DNA of 64,000 bases, from the NCBI GenBank assembly GCA_035221665.1, contig CM069159.1, positions 32,364,001 to 32,428,000 of the forward strand. Direction: 5' to 3'. Position numbers and translations under genes: made by a program. Of the stretch, positions 39,925 through 51,189 are shown one piece after another (within the stretch, counting starts at the first letter, position 1; each line of letters begins with the position of its first letter). The notes beneath the pieces were generated by a model. That model was given only the letters and a program-made list of their open reading frames with translations. It had not been told where the DNA came from and did not search any database. Origin of the DNA: Okamejei kenojei. Taxonomy: Eukaryota.

Positions 39925-41474
39925 CTAGATCAAGTGGGACCCATTGGGTCCAGTCCCCTCAATGCTTGGGGGGTGGAAGGAGGCGGCCTGCANNNNNNNN
40001 NNNNNNNNNNNNNNNNNNNNNNNNNNNNNNNNNNNNNNNNNNNNNNNNNNNNNNNNNNNNNNNNNNNNNNNNNNNNNNNNNNNNNNNNNNNNNNNNNNNN
40101 NNNNNNNNNNNNNNNNNNNNNNNNNNNNNNNNNNNNNNNNNCACACACACAACACACTAACACCCCCCCCACCGCCCCCCCACCCACACACACACACACA
40201 CACACACTAAACACACCCCCACCCCCTAACACACACACACACTAACCACACCCCCACACCGCGCACCGCACACACACTAACCACTCCCCACACTAACCAT
40301 CCCTCCCCACACACGCGCACACACACTAACCACCCCCCCCACACACACACACACACACTAACCACCCTAAACACACACACACACACTAACACACCCCACA
40401 CACGCGCACACACACTAACCACCACCACACACGCGCACACACAGGTTTGCACCTCACCTCGTGCACACACACTCGCACACACACACACTAACCACCCCAC
40501 ACACACGCGCACACACACTAACCACCCCCTCACACGGCACACGCACACACACGAGCACACGCGCGCACACACACACACACTAACCACCCACACACACATA
40601 CCCATACTCCCCCCCAACATGCACACACACAACTAACCACTCCCCCCCCACACACACACACCATACACTCCCCCCTACACACACAAATATACACACACAC
40701 TAACCACCCCCCACACGCACACGCACACACACATGCACACACACTAACCACTCCCCCTACACACACGCTCACACACACACACAGACACAGAGACACACAC
40801 ACACACTAACCACTCCCCTACACACACTCTAACCACCCCCCCCCACACACACACACTAACCTCCCCCATGCACACGCAGACACACACACACTAACCACTC
40901 CCCCCACGCCACACACACACTAACCACTCCCCTACACACACACTCTAACCACCCCCCCCACACACACACTAACCACTCCCCTACACACACGCACACACAC
41001 ACACACACTAACACACACACTAACCACACGCACACACACACACTAACCACACACACACTAACACAACACCACACACACACACACTAACCACTCCCCCCCT
41101 ACACACACACACACACACAACCACCACACACACACGCGCACACAACACACACACCACTAACACTCCCCCTACACACTCACACACACTAACCACTCCCCCT
41201 ACACACACAAACCACCACACACATACACGCACACACACCACACACTAACACTCCCCCTACTCACATACACACGCACGCACACACACACTAACCACTCCCC
41301 ACTACACGCACACACATAAACCAACCCCCAGCGGCGCGTGCGCGCGCACACACACTAACCACCCCCCATGCATCACACACACACACAGCACACACACTAA
41401 CCACCCCTCCACATACACACGCACACACGCAGTAACCACCCCCCCACACACACACACACTAACCACTCCCCCCC

Positions 41475-41517
<43 letters not shown>
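39925..41517 (-). repeat. cacactaaccac/(CA)n minisatellite with a Helitron-like CTAG/hairpin end
   Basis: Paralog of 21269-22252; ctagatcaagtgggacccattgggtc. Confidence 0.75.
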
Positions 41518-41520
<3 letters not shown>

Positions 41521-42411
41521 AGGGGCAAAGATTAAAGGGGCAAGGTCTTTACACAGAGTGGTGTGTGTCTGCAATGCACTGCCAAGGGTGATTGTGGGAG
41601 ATATTATTATAATTATTGTTATTATTATTGATATGATAATGATGTTTAAGAGGCTTTTAGGCACATGAACAAATGTGCAGGAACCGCAGGGATAGGCAGA
41701 GGAGATTAGTTGAACTTGGCATCCTGTTCAAAGCACACATTTTGGTACACGTGACAATGAACTAAACTGAACTGAACTGGGGAACCGCAGGCTGTGGCAA
41801 GACTATTTTGGGGCCCTATCATGTGCAAATTATGACCACTATTTAAAACAAAGAGAAATACACTTCAAAAATATTCTATTATTGATTTTCAAGTTCCTTG
41901 GGATATCCTACGGTTGTGAAAGATGATAACGATATAAATTGCTTAATGTATAAGAAGTGACTTTCAGGGTCAAATTGTTAGAGGAATTCAGACTGGTTGA
42001 GAATCAAGAAGGGGTTTGTATAGAGCCTAAACACTGGTTTGAATGGGCGGCACGGTGGCGCAGCAGTAGAGTTGCTGCTTTACAGCACCAGAGACCCAGG
42101 TTCGATCCCGACTACGGATCCTGTACGTACTTTGTACGTGCTCCCCGTGACCTGCGTGGGTTGTCTCTGGGTGCTCTGGTTTCATCCCACATTCCAAAAA
42201 CGTACAGGTCTTTGTCTTTTTATTTAAGATGCTTGGTCGATTAAATTGCAAATCGTCCCTAGTGGGTGAGGGATAGTATTAGTGTACTGGGATCGCTGGG
42301 TAGCGCGGTGGGCCGAAGGGCCTGTTTCCATGCTGTATAACTCAACTAAACTAAGGCGTGCTCGTGTGTCCTTTCTTAATGCTTACCTCATTGTATTTTA
42401 ACCCTCTGAAG

Positions 42412-42691
42412 AAGGAGGCTGACAGGTCCTGGCAATGATTGGAGAACATTTGGATTAATCTTGATACCTTTAAGCGAATGGGCACGAGAACTGAAGCAAG
42501 AGTTCTACATTGCTCAATACATTAGTAACAAGCTTGAAATGCTCCCATCAATATTAACTACTGTTGGTGAAGACCTGCATGAAGAACTTGGCAGTGAAGC
42601 CTACGCCAAAATACATGATCAGCTGGTGTCAATTCACGAAAACATTAAACAGTACCGCCACCAGAATGAGACCCGGCACCACCACCTTTAA
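42412..42691 (+). CDS. Small apolipoprotein-like protein copy 2, last coding exon (158-aa product)
   Basis: Acceptor ccctctgaag; in frame RRLTGPGNDWRTFGLILIPLSEWARELKQEFYIAQY...NETRHHHL*; 43+154+280=477 nt. Confidence 0.8.
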
Positions 42692-45120
42692 CCACACAAT
42701 CGCGGGCAACACCGAGAAAATTGAAGAATGGCCGAGGAGAGATGCTCTTTACGGAGACCCTACGAGAAATATACGAGCTGCTGTTGTTGATGAACTGTTT
42801 CTCCACACGGTTTGCTGCCGTCTTTAATGTAACAAACTGAATTGCTGATTTGATTTGAATTTCAATTTTTATAAAGTATATTTGGTATAAAGGGCAATGA
42901 AATTCTTATGTTCAGGAAGGAACTGCAGATGCTGGTTTACACCGAAGGTAGACACAAAAAGCTGGAGTAACTCAGCGGGTCAGGCAACATCTCTGGAGAG
43001 CAGGGATGGGGCACGTTTTGGGTTGAGCCTTCTTCAGACATTATGCCTTGTAGAACTTTATTTTAATTGAAAATTACTATTAAACAATGCGTCTTTGATC
43101 TAAATCTCTCTGTATTGTCTTTTCCATATTTCATCAATTCAAAATTAATTTTCATTAAAAATGTTACTAATGATGGTTCAGCTTCGACTGCGGGTGGGAG
43201 ATTGCGACCTTCACGTGGTCCACCCTGTTTCAACTACTGCAATCAACTCGACGTGCACAAACAAGATCAAATAGAACAAGTTGACCTACAACTTTAGGCT
43301 GTGCACGCCATACGCAAGGAGAAGATCCTACTGCGATCTAGGTGCAATTCCCAATTTAGTTCACGCCTGATAAAAATGTTTTGAAGGTGGATTTGCTTTC
43401 AGATCTCCCTAGTTTGTGCGGCACGGTGGTGTAGCGGTAGAGTTGCTGCCTTACCGCACTGGCAGCGCCAGAGACTGGGTTCGATCCCGAGCTGTCTGCA
43501 CGGAGTTTGCATGTTTGCCCCGTGACCGCATGGGATTTCTGTGAGATCTTCGCTTTCCTCCCCCACTCCAAAGTACAGGTTTGTAGGTTAATTGGCTTGG
43601 GAGAAGTGTAAATTGGCCCTAGTGTGTGTAGGATGGTGTTAATGTGCGGGGATCGCTGGTCATAGTGGACTGTGTGGGCCGAAGGGCCTGTTTATACGCT
43701 GTACCTCTAATCGAAACTAAACTAATCTATTCAGACTGCTGCTGAGCTGGGTAAACCTGTACGTCTTTGGAGTGTGGGAAGCAACCGAAGATCTCGGAGA
43801 AAACCCACGCAAATCACGGGGAGAAGATACAAACTCCGTACAGACAGCACCCGAAGGGCCTGTTTATACGCTGTACCTCTAATCGAAACTAAACTAATCT
43901 ATTCAGACTGCTGCTGAGCTGGGTAATGGAAGTGATGTTGGACACTAGAGCTCTACAGAGGTACATGAATGCTGGAGCTGTGTGGACGGGGCTCAAGGCA
44001 TCGTGCCTAATAACAGGGAACGGCATCAAAAGAAAATGTCGCTGGTGTTGACCCAATGACTTTCTGGGCCGATCAATAAAAACATCAAGCTCGACACAAA
44101 CAGCTCTAGTAACTCATCGCTTCAGGTAGCATCTCTGGAGAAAAGGAATAGGTGATGTCACCGTGGCACAGCTGTAAAGTTGCCGGCCAAGTCCCGGTTC
44201 GATCCTGACTACGGGTGCATTTGATTTAGTTTTAGAGATACAGCATGGAAACAGGCCCAACGGGTCCGCGCCGACCCCCGATCCCCGCACATTAACACCA
44301 TCCTACACACACTAGGGATAATTTACCTACAAATCTCTGGAGTGTGGGAAGCAACCGAAGATCTCGGAGAAAACCCACGCAAATCACGGGGAGAACATAC
44401 AAACTCCGTACAGACAGCACCCGCAGTCAGGATTGAACCCTGGTCTCTGCCGCTGCAAGCGCTGTAAGGCAGCAACTCTACCCCAGTGCCACCATGTGGA
44501 CTGTCAGCAAGGAGTCTGTACATTTTCCCTGTGACCGTGTGGGTTTTCTCCGGGTGCTCTGGTTTCATCCCACACTCCAAAGACGTTCAGATTTGTGGGC
44601 TAATTGGCTTTGGTAAATTTGTCCCTCGTGTGTGTAGGATAGTGTTAGTGTGGGGGATCGCTGGTCGGCACGGACTCGGTGGGCTGAAGGGCCTTTTTCT
44701 GCGCTGTATCTCTAAACAAAAAAATAAAATGGTTTGGTGTTGAGAGGCAACATTTCCAGCTCTTGAAATTGAAATTTTACTTTAGTTTATTGTTGTCACG
44801 TGTACTGAGGTTAGGTTACAGTGAAAAGCTTTGTTTGTACAAGATTTCATGTGCAAGCAACTTTTGGATCAGCTATGAACTAGAGTCTGGAGATTGGAGG
44901 TATGGCAACAGTTGTACTCAAGTCTAGGAATGGATCTTAGGTGTATCCGAGTCCTGGAACGTTCAAGATAAAATTGAGACACAGAATGAAGATCTCACAG
45001 TTACAAACGTGCTTTGACCTTTTGTGTGTGTTCCACAAGCTCAGAGATTAGAACATGACCAGGCATTTTACAAAGTAGGGTTTCCTCAAAATTAACATTT
45101 ATTTCTTGCTTATATTACTT

Positions 45121-45712
45121 AGAAACATAGAAACATAGAAAATAGGTGCAGGAGGAGGCCATTCGGCCCTTCGAGTCAGCACCGCCATTCATTGTGATCA
45201 TGGCTGATCGTCCGCTATCAATAACCCGTGCCTGCCTTCTCCCCATATCCCTTGACTCCACTAGCCCCTAGAGCTCTATCCAACTCTCTCTTAAATCCAT
45301 CCAGTGATTTGGCCTCCACTGCCCTCTGTGGCAGGGAATTCCATAAATTTACAACTCTCTGGGTGAAAAAGTTTTTTCTGACCTCAGTCTTAAATGTCCT
45401 CCCCTTTATTCTAAGACTGTGGCCCCTGTTTCTGGACTCGCCCAACATTGGGAACATTTTTCCTGCATCTAGCTTGTCCAGTGCTTTTATAATTTTATAT
45501 GTTTCTACAAGATCCCCCTCATCCTTCTAAACTCCAGTGAATACAAGCCTAGTCTTTTCAATCTTTCCTCATATGATAGTCCCGCCATCCCAGGGATCAA
45601 TCTCGTGAACCTACGCTGCACTGCCTCAATCACAAGGATGTCCTTCCTCAAATTCGGAGACCGAAACTGTACACAATACTTCAGATGTGGTCTCACCAGA
45701 GCCCTATACAAC
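45121..45712 (-). mobile_element. CR1 LINE 3' fragment
   Basis: [12 protein letters not shown]...RGHSLRIKG...FFTQRVVNLWNSLP; (catagaaa)n tail; unit C only. Confidence 0.9.
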
Positions 45713-46044
45713 TACACATGAATTTGGGATGCAGAACAGCTGGGCTCTGAGCCCCAGACACAAGACTTGGCATACTGTAAAATCAGGTGGGGGAATTCAA
45801 CTGAGTAGGAAGGAACTGCAGATGCTGGTTTAAACCAAAGATAGACAAAAAAAAAGCTGGAGTAAGTCAGCGGGTCAGACAACATCTCTGGAGAGAAGGA
45901 ATGGGTGACGTTTCGGGTCAAGACTTCTTGATCCAAAACGTCACCTGTTCCATTTTTTCCAGAAACGCTGCCTGAGCCGCTGAGTTACGCCAACTTTTTG
46001 TGTCAATTTCCCGCTACTGTTTGCTGGACACAAACACTGAAAGA

Positions 46045-46199
46045 TGTTTATCCTTGACTCTAGCCTGACGCACGTTAGGAAAGATGGAATTTGCACTGGT
46101 TGGCCATCTCTTATCAGATGTGGGAGATAACGTCCAGCTATTAAACAGCTGGGATCTGAGCCCCACACACAAGACTGACAGAGAGTCAATAGCAAGCAG
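46045..46199 (+). promoter_or_regulatory. Putative promoter plus non-coding exon 1 of copy 3
   Basis: TGTTTAT, TGACGCA, two GATA sites, TATTAAA 46139-46145, donor cag|gtaaga at 46199. Confidence 0.6.
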
Positions 46200-47207
46200 G
46201 TAAGAGGGATTTTTTCTACTCTGCGCGGGAAGAAGACTGGTAAAGTAGGAACTTTTTGTTCAGTGATATTTCTGGTATTCAGCACCCGAAATGTCCTGAT
46301 TACCAGAATATTTCTCAAAATGAGTGTGCTGGGTGTCACCAGGTCACATTGACTGGGGCACACTGGGACCAGTCCCAGACAAGGTAGTCGGTTAGTCCAA
46401 GTAGGTGCAATGATAAGGACTCTTCTAACATCGTCAACACCTCTGAGAAAGATAGAGAACACACAGAGGTTTTCCATTCCTGGCTGTTGTAAAGATCCCG
46501 GGGTCTGAATGTGATAAGTTTGCAGATCCTGAAGCTAATGGTGAGGACACTGCGAATGCACAGTGGCACAGCGACTGCCTTTCAGCCCCCGACACCCCGG
46601 TTCAGGTGACTACGGGTGCTGTCTGTACGGAGTTTGTACGTTCTCCCTGTGACCGTGTGGGTTTTTTCCTGGTGCTCCGGTTTCCTCCCACACTCCAAAG
46701 ACGTGCAAGGTTGTATGTTAATTAGCTTCGGTAAATTGTCGCTTGTGTGGAGGATGGAACTAGTGTTTGGGTGATTGTTGGGCAGCACGGACTCCGTGGG
46801 CTGAAGGGTCTGTTTTGCACATGCCGATAGGATGTCCCATCTACACTAGTCCCACCTGCCTGCCTTTGTCCCATATCCCTCTAAACCTTTCCTATCCATG
46901 TACCTGTCTAAATGTTGTTAAAGCTTCAATGTGTTGAGAAACCAATATTGGATAAGTTAAAAGATGAGTGGTAAAGAGAACATTAAAAATGATAATATGA
47001 GGAAATGAACCCAAGGAAAGTGGAAAAAATGGTTTATTGTTTGTCCAAGTCTTCGAGCATCGCTAATTACTCGCGCTTGTCTCCAGAAATAAACTTCAAG
47101 ATTTAAATCTCAACCTCTTTGGTAATGAATTGTGTGCTCAGTGAACGGTAATGTTTCTATCTGTTGATTTCTGCAGCCTTTACAGAGAGTTGGGGACCTG
47201 ACACATC

Positions 47208-47250
47208 ATGAAGATATTCACTGTTGCTTTGGTGCTCTTGCTGGTTACAG
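47208..47250 (+). CDS. Small apolipoprotein-like protein copy 3, signal-peptide exon
   Basis: MKIFTVALVLLLVTG, identical to copies 1 and 2. Confidence 0.85.
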
Positions 47251-47798
47251 GTACAGAAGACAAACTCTTCAAACTAACCGAAACACAATCATGAAAATGC
47301 TCACGGAAAAATGTGAACGTACTAAATCGCCAGTATTGATTGCCCTCATTGACTTGCAATTTGTAGCATCTATTGATGAAGGGAGCAGTTTAGTTCAGTT
47401 TAGAGATACAGCGCGGAAACAGGGCCTTCAGCCCACCTTGTGCGCACCGACCAGCGATCCCCGCACATTAATACTATCCTACATACATCAGGGACAATTT
47501 TACATTGGTACCAAGCCAATTAACCATTGGTGACACATCAAGGTGAGGGGGGCAGGTAACTGCTCATCTGATGGTGAGAGAGAGATATATCAAGTATTGC
47601 CTGAGCAACAGGAAGAACTGCATTGTTTTTTTCAGAACCTTGTTGGTCTTCTTCACAACCTCGTTGTTCTTCTTCAGAACAGGGGCAAGAGACCTTCCGT
47701 ACCCACCTGAAGACACAAGGTTTTTCTTCTCTTCCAAAAGACTATAGTAACAGCCTGGATTCTCGTGCCTCTCAGTGTTTTCCAATGTTTCTCCATAG

Positions 47799-47952
47799 GA
47801 TCGCAGGGTGCAGCCATCCCTGCAGATAAGAGTCTGCAGGAAGATTCAACGAGATGGGACACTCCTTTGAGGGATTTGGAAAAGATCGGGGAAGAAATTG
47901 TGGACGTTGCCTGGGACAAATTGTTCAGTTACACTTTGTTCAGAACATTTGC
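47799..47952 (+). CDS. Small apolipoprotein-like protein copy 3, middle coding exon
   Basis: GSQGAAIPADKSLQEDSTRWDTPLRDLEKIGEEIVDVAWDKLFSYTLFRTFA with canonical AG/GT. Confidence 0.85.
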
Positions 47953-48500
47953 GTAAGTATTCAAAGTGATCTGGAACTTGTTGCTTTAACCTACCTTGTT
48001 GCCATCTGGTCTAATAGACAATAGACAATAGGTGCAGGAGTAGGCTGCTCGGCCCTTCAAGCCAGCACCGCCATTCAATGTGATCCTGGCTGATCATCCA
48101 TACTCAGTACCCCGTTCCTGCTTCTCCCCATATCCCCTGACTACGCTATCTTCAAGAGCCCTATCTAGCTCTCCCTTGAAAGTTTCCAGAGAACCTGCCT
48201 CCAGCGCCCTCTGAGGCAGAGAATTCTACACACTCACAACTCTCTGTGTGAAAAAGTTTCCTCATCTCAGTTCTAAATGGCTTACCCCTTATTCTTAAAC
48301 TGTGGCCCCTGGTTCTGGACTCTGTCACAATATGACCTGACCACAAATGTTGTTTAATAGCACTGATGTATAGATTATTGTTATCCCACACACATCAGGG
48401 ACAATTTTACATTGGTACCAAGCCAATTAACCATTGGTGACACATCAAGGTGTGGGGGGCAGGTAACTGCTAATCTGATGGTGGGGGGTGGGGGGGGGAA

Positions 48501-48900
48501 GAGAGAGAGAGATCGAGATCGAGAGAGAGAGATCGAGAGAGAGAGAGATCGAGAGAGAGAGAGAGAATCGAGAGAGAGAGAATCGANNNNNNNNNNNNNN
48601 NNNNNNNNNNNNNNNNNNNNNNNNNNNNNNNNNNNNNNNNNNNNNNNNNNNNNNNNNNNNNNNNNNNNNNNNNNNNNNNNNNNNNNNNNNNNNNNNNNNN
48701 NNNNNNNNNNNNNNNNNNNNNNNNNNNNNNNNNNNNNNNNNNNNNNNNNNNNNNNNNNNNNNNNNNNNNNNNNNNNNNNNNNNNNNNNNNNNNNNNNNNN
48801 NNNNNNNNNNNNNNNNNNNNNNNNNNNNNNNNNNNNNNNNNNNNNNNNNNNNNNNNNNNNNNNNNNNNNNNNNNNNNNNNNNNNNNNNNNNNNNNNNNNN
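48501..48900. repeat. (GA)n/GAGAGATC microsatellite plus assembly gap
   Basis: Direct reading. Confidence 0.9.
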
Positions 48901-49532
48901 CAGGAAGAACTGCAGGCTGTGGCACGACTATTTTGGGGCCCTATCAAGTGCAAATTGTGACCACTTTTTAAACAAAGAGTACACTTCAAAAATATTCTAT
49001 TTATTGATTTTCAAGTTCCTTGGGATATCCTACGGTTGTGAAAGATGATAATGATATACATTGCTTAATGTATAAGAAGTGACTTTCAGGGTCAAACTTT
49101 TAGAGGAATTCAGACTGGTTGAGAATCAAGAAGGGTTTGTATAGAGCCTAAACACTGGTTTGAATGGGCGGCACGGTGGCGCAGCAGTAGAGTTGCTGCT
49201 TTACAGCACCAGAGACCCAGGTTCGATCCTGACTACAGATCCTGTACGTACTTTGTACGTGCTCCCCGTGACCTGCGTGGGTTGTCTCTGGGTGCTCTGG
49301 TTTCATCCCACATTCCAAAAACGTACAGGTCTTTGTCTTTTTATTTAAGATGCTTGGTCGATTTAATTGCAAATCGTCCCTAGTGGGTGGGGGATAGTAT
49401 TAGTGTACTGAGATCGCTAGTTGGTGCAGTGGGCCGAAGGGCCTGTTTCCATGCTGTATAACTCAACTAAACTAAGGCGTGCTCGTGTGTCCTTTCTTAA
49501 TGTTTACCTCATTGTCTTTTAACCCTCTGAAG

Positions 49533-49818
49533 AACGAAGCTGACAAGGCGTGACAACCATTGGACACAATTGGCCTTTCGCTTGATGCGTGATATATCTG
49601 CTTTGGCAGATGAGCTGACGTCGCAAGAGTTCTTCATTGCGCAATACATTAGTAACAAGTATGAAATGCTCCAATCGATATTAACTACTGTTGGTGAAGA
49701 CCTGCATGAAGAACTTGGCAGTGAAGCCTACGCCAAAATACATGATCAGCTGGTGTCAATCCACGAAAACATTAAACAGTACCGCCACCAGAATGAGACC
49801 CGGCACCACCACCTTTAA
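49533..49818 (+). CDS. Small apolipoprotein-like protein copy 3, last coding exon (160-aa product)
   Basis: ccctctgaag| TKLTRRDNHWTQLAFRLMRDISALADELTSQEFFIAQY...NETRHHHL*; 43+154+286=483 nt. Confidence 0.8.
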
Positions 49819-50271
49819 CCACCCAATCGCGGGCAACACCGAGAAAATTGAAGAATGGCCGAGGAGAGATGCTCTTTACGGAGACCCTACGAGAAATATA
49901 CGAGCTGCTGTTGTTGATGAACTGTTTCTCCACACGGTTTGCTGTCGTCTTTAATGTAGCAAATTGAATTGCAGATTTGATTTGAATTTCAATTTTTATA
50001 AAGTACTAGACTAAGTGGGACCCAGAATCACACGGGAGGGCTGGTCACCCAATGCAATATTTCGCCTCTCCACCAATTCCAATATTGCTGGCCAGTGGGT
50101 GGGGGGGGGGGGTCACTTTGACCCACAACACACCAGTCCCTTTGACCCACATCACACATCTGGAGCACTAGTATGTGTGTTGTGGGTCAAAGGGACTGGT
50201 TTCCAGAGGGCTAGTATGGGCATTGTGGGCCGAATGGATTCTTGGGCTGGGAGCTCAGTCACTCTGGCCAG

Positions 50272-50542
50272 GCAGCATTTTAGAACCAATAGAGACACTT
50301 TTTGCAAGCATTTTAGAACCAATAGAGACACTCTTTCTGCAACCATTTTAGAACCAATAGAGACACCTTTTGCAACCATTTTGGAACCAATAGAGACACT
50401 TTTTGCAACCATTTTAGAACCAATAGAGACAATATTTGCAAACATTTTAGAACCAATAGAGACACTTTTTGCAAGCATTTTAGAACCAATAGACGCGTTC
50501 TGCAAGCATTTTTAGTTCCAATAGACACTTTCTGCAAGCATT
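50272..50542. repeat. 33-bp minisatellite (ttttagaaccaatagagacactttttgcaa.ca) inside the Helitron
   Basis: About 8 tandem units read directly. Confidence 0.9.
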
Positions 50543-50615
50543 TATTGAAGCACATTAAGGGCACTCACAGTTGAGTAGACATGTGTTCAGCTTCCTCCAT
50601 CTTGCAGAAACTGAG

Positions 50616-51189
50616 TGTTACGACTCCCGAATGCAGGTACTTCAGAGCTGTGTAAGATAGTCAAAAACCAGGCTCAAGTTCAAGAAAATAGTATTTTATT
50701 TTGTTAAAACCCAAACCTGATTTCAAACAACCCAGTCAAGGACAAGAATAAACTAATAAACAAAGATAACAGTGCTCCAGCCAGCCTCGCAATGGGCCGT
50801 CGAACTAGCGTCTCTAACCTGCCTAAATAGAAATAACCCTGAAACAAAATACACGAAAACCCTCAGGTCAGTCCTTATCCGTCCCAATTCAATATTAATT
50901 GACAAATGTAGGTAATAATACACAAAGTTCTATGCCATGTGGCCAGGCCTCCTGCAGTTCCAACCACAGTCTGTTCATGACTCAAGATCGTCGAAGAGAG
51001 GGAGAGTTCTGGGAGACTCCTGGTATTTAAGCTTTCGATGAGTCACCCGTCACCTGACGCAGCTTGGCCAATCGGGTACAGGAGCCCTTAACCCCTTGAT
51101 TCCTGACTCCCAGCCACAGGGCCTGCACTCAGGAGAGAAACAAAAGAGTTAAGTACATAGCATTCACCGGGGGGGGGAAGTACCTAACA
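50616..51189 (-). mobile_element. Solo LTR nested in the Helitron
   Basis: TGTTA...TAACA termini with 5-bp TSD ctgag; minus-strand AATAAA near 50695. Confidence 0.75.

Noticed and set aside
37914-42691. Naming the small gene ApoC, ApoA-II, Apo-14 or type IV antifreeze
   Set aside because: Only gene structure and signal peptide match; I see no convincing mature-sequence similarity by eye
43851-43925. Local repeat of 43679-43753
   Set aside because: Duplication of a SINE tail or an assembly stutter; no functional evidence
50015-50564. Repetitive ORFs (ATILEPIETLF)n or a CRISPR-like array
   Set aside because: Contiguous 33-bp minisatellite without unique spacers, in eukaryotic DNA
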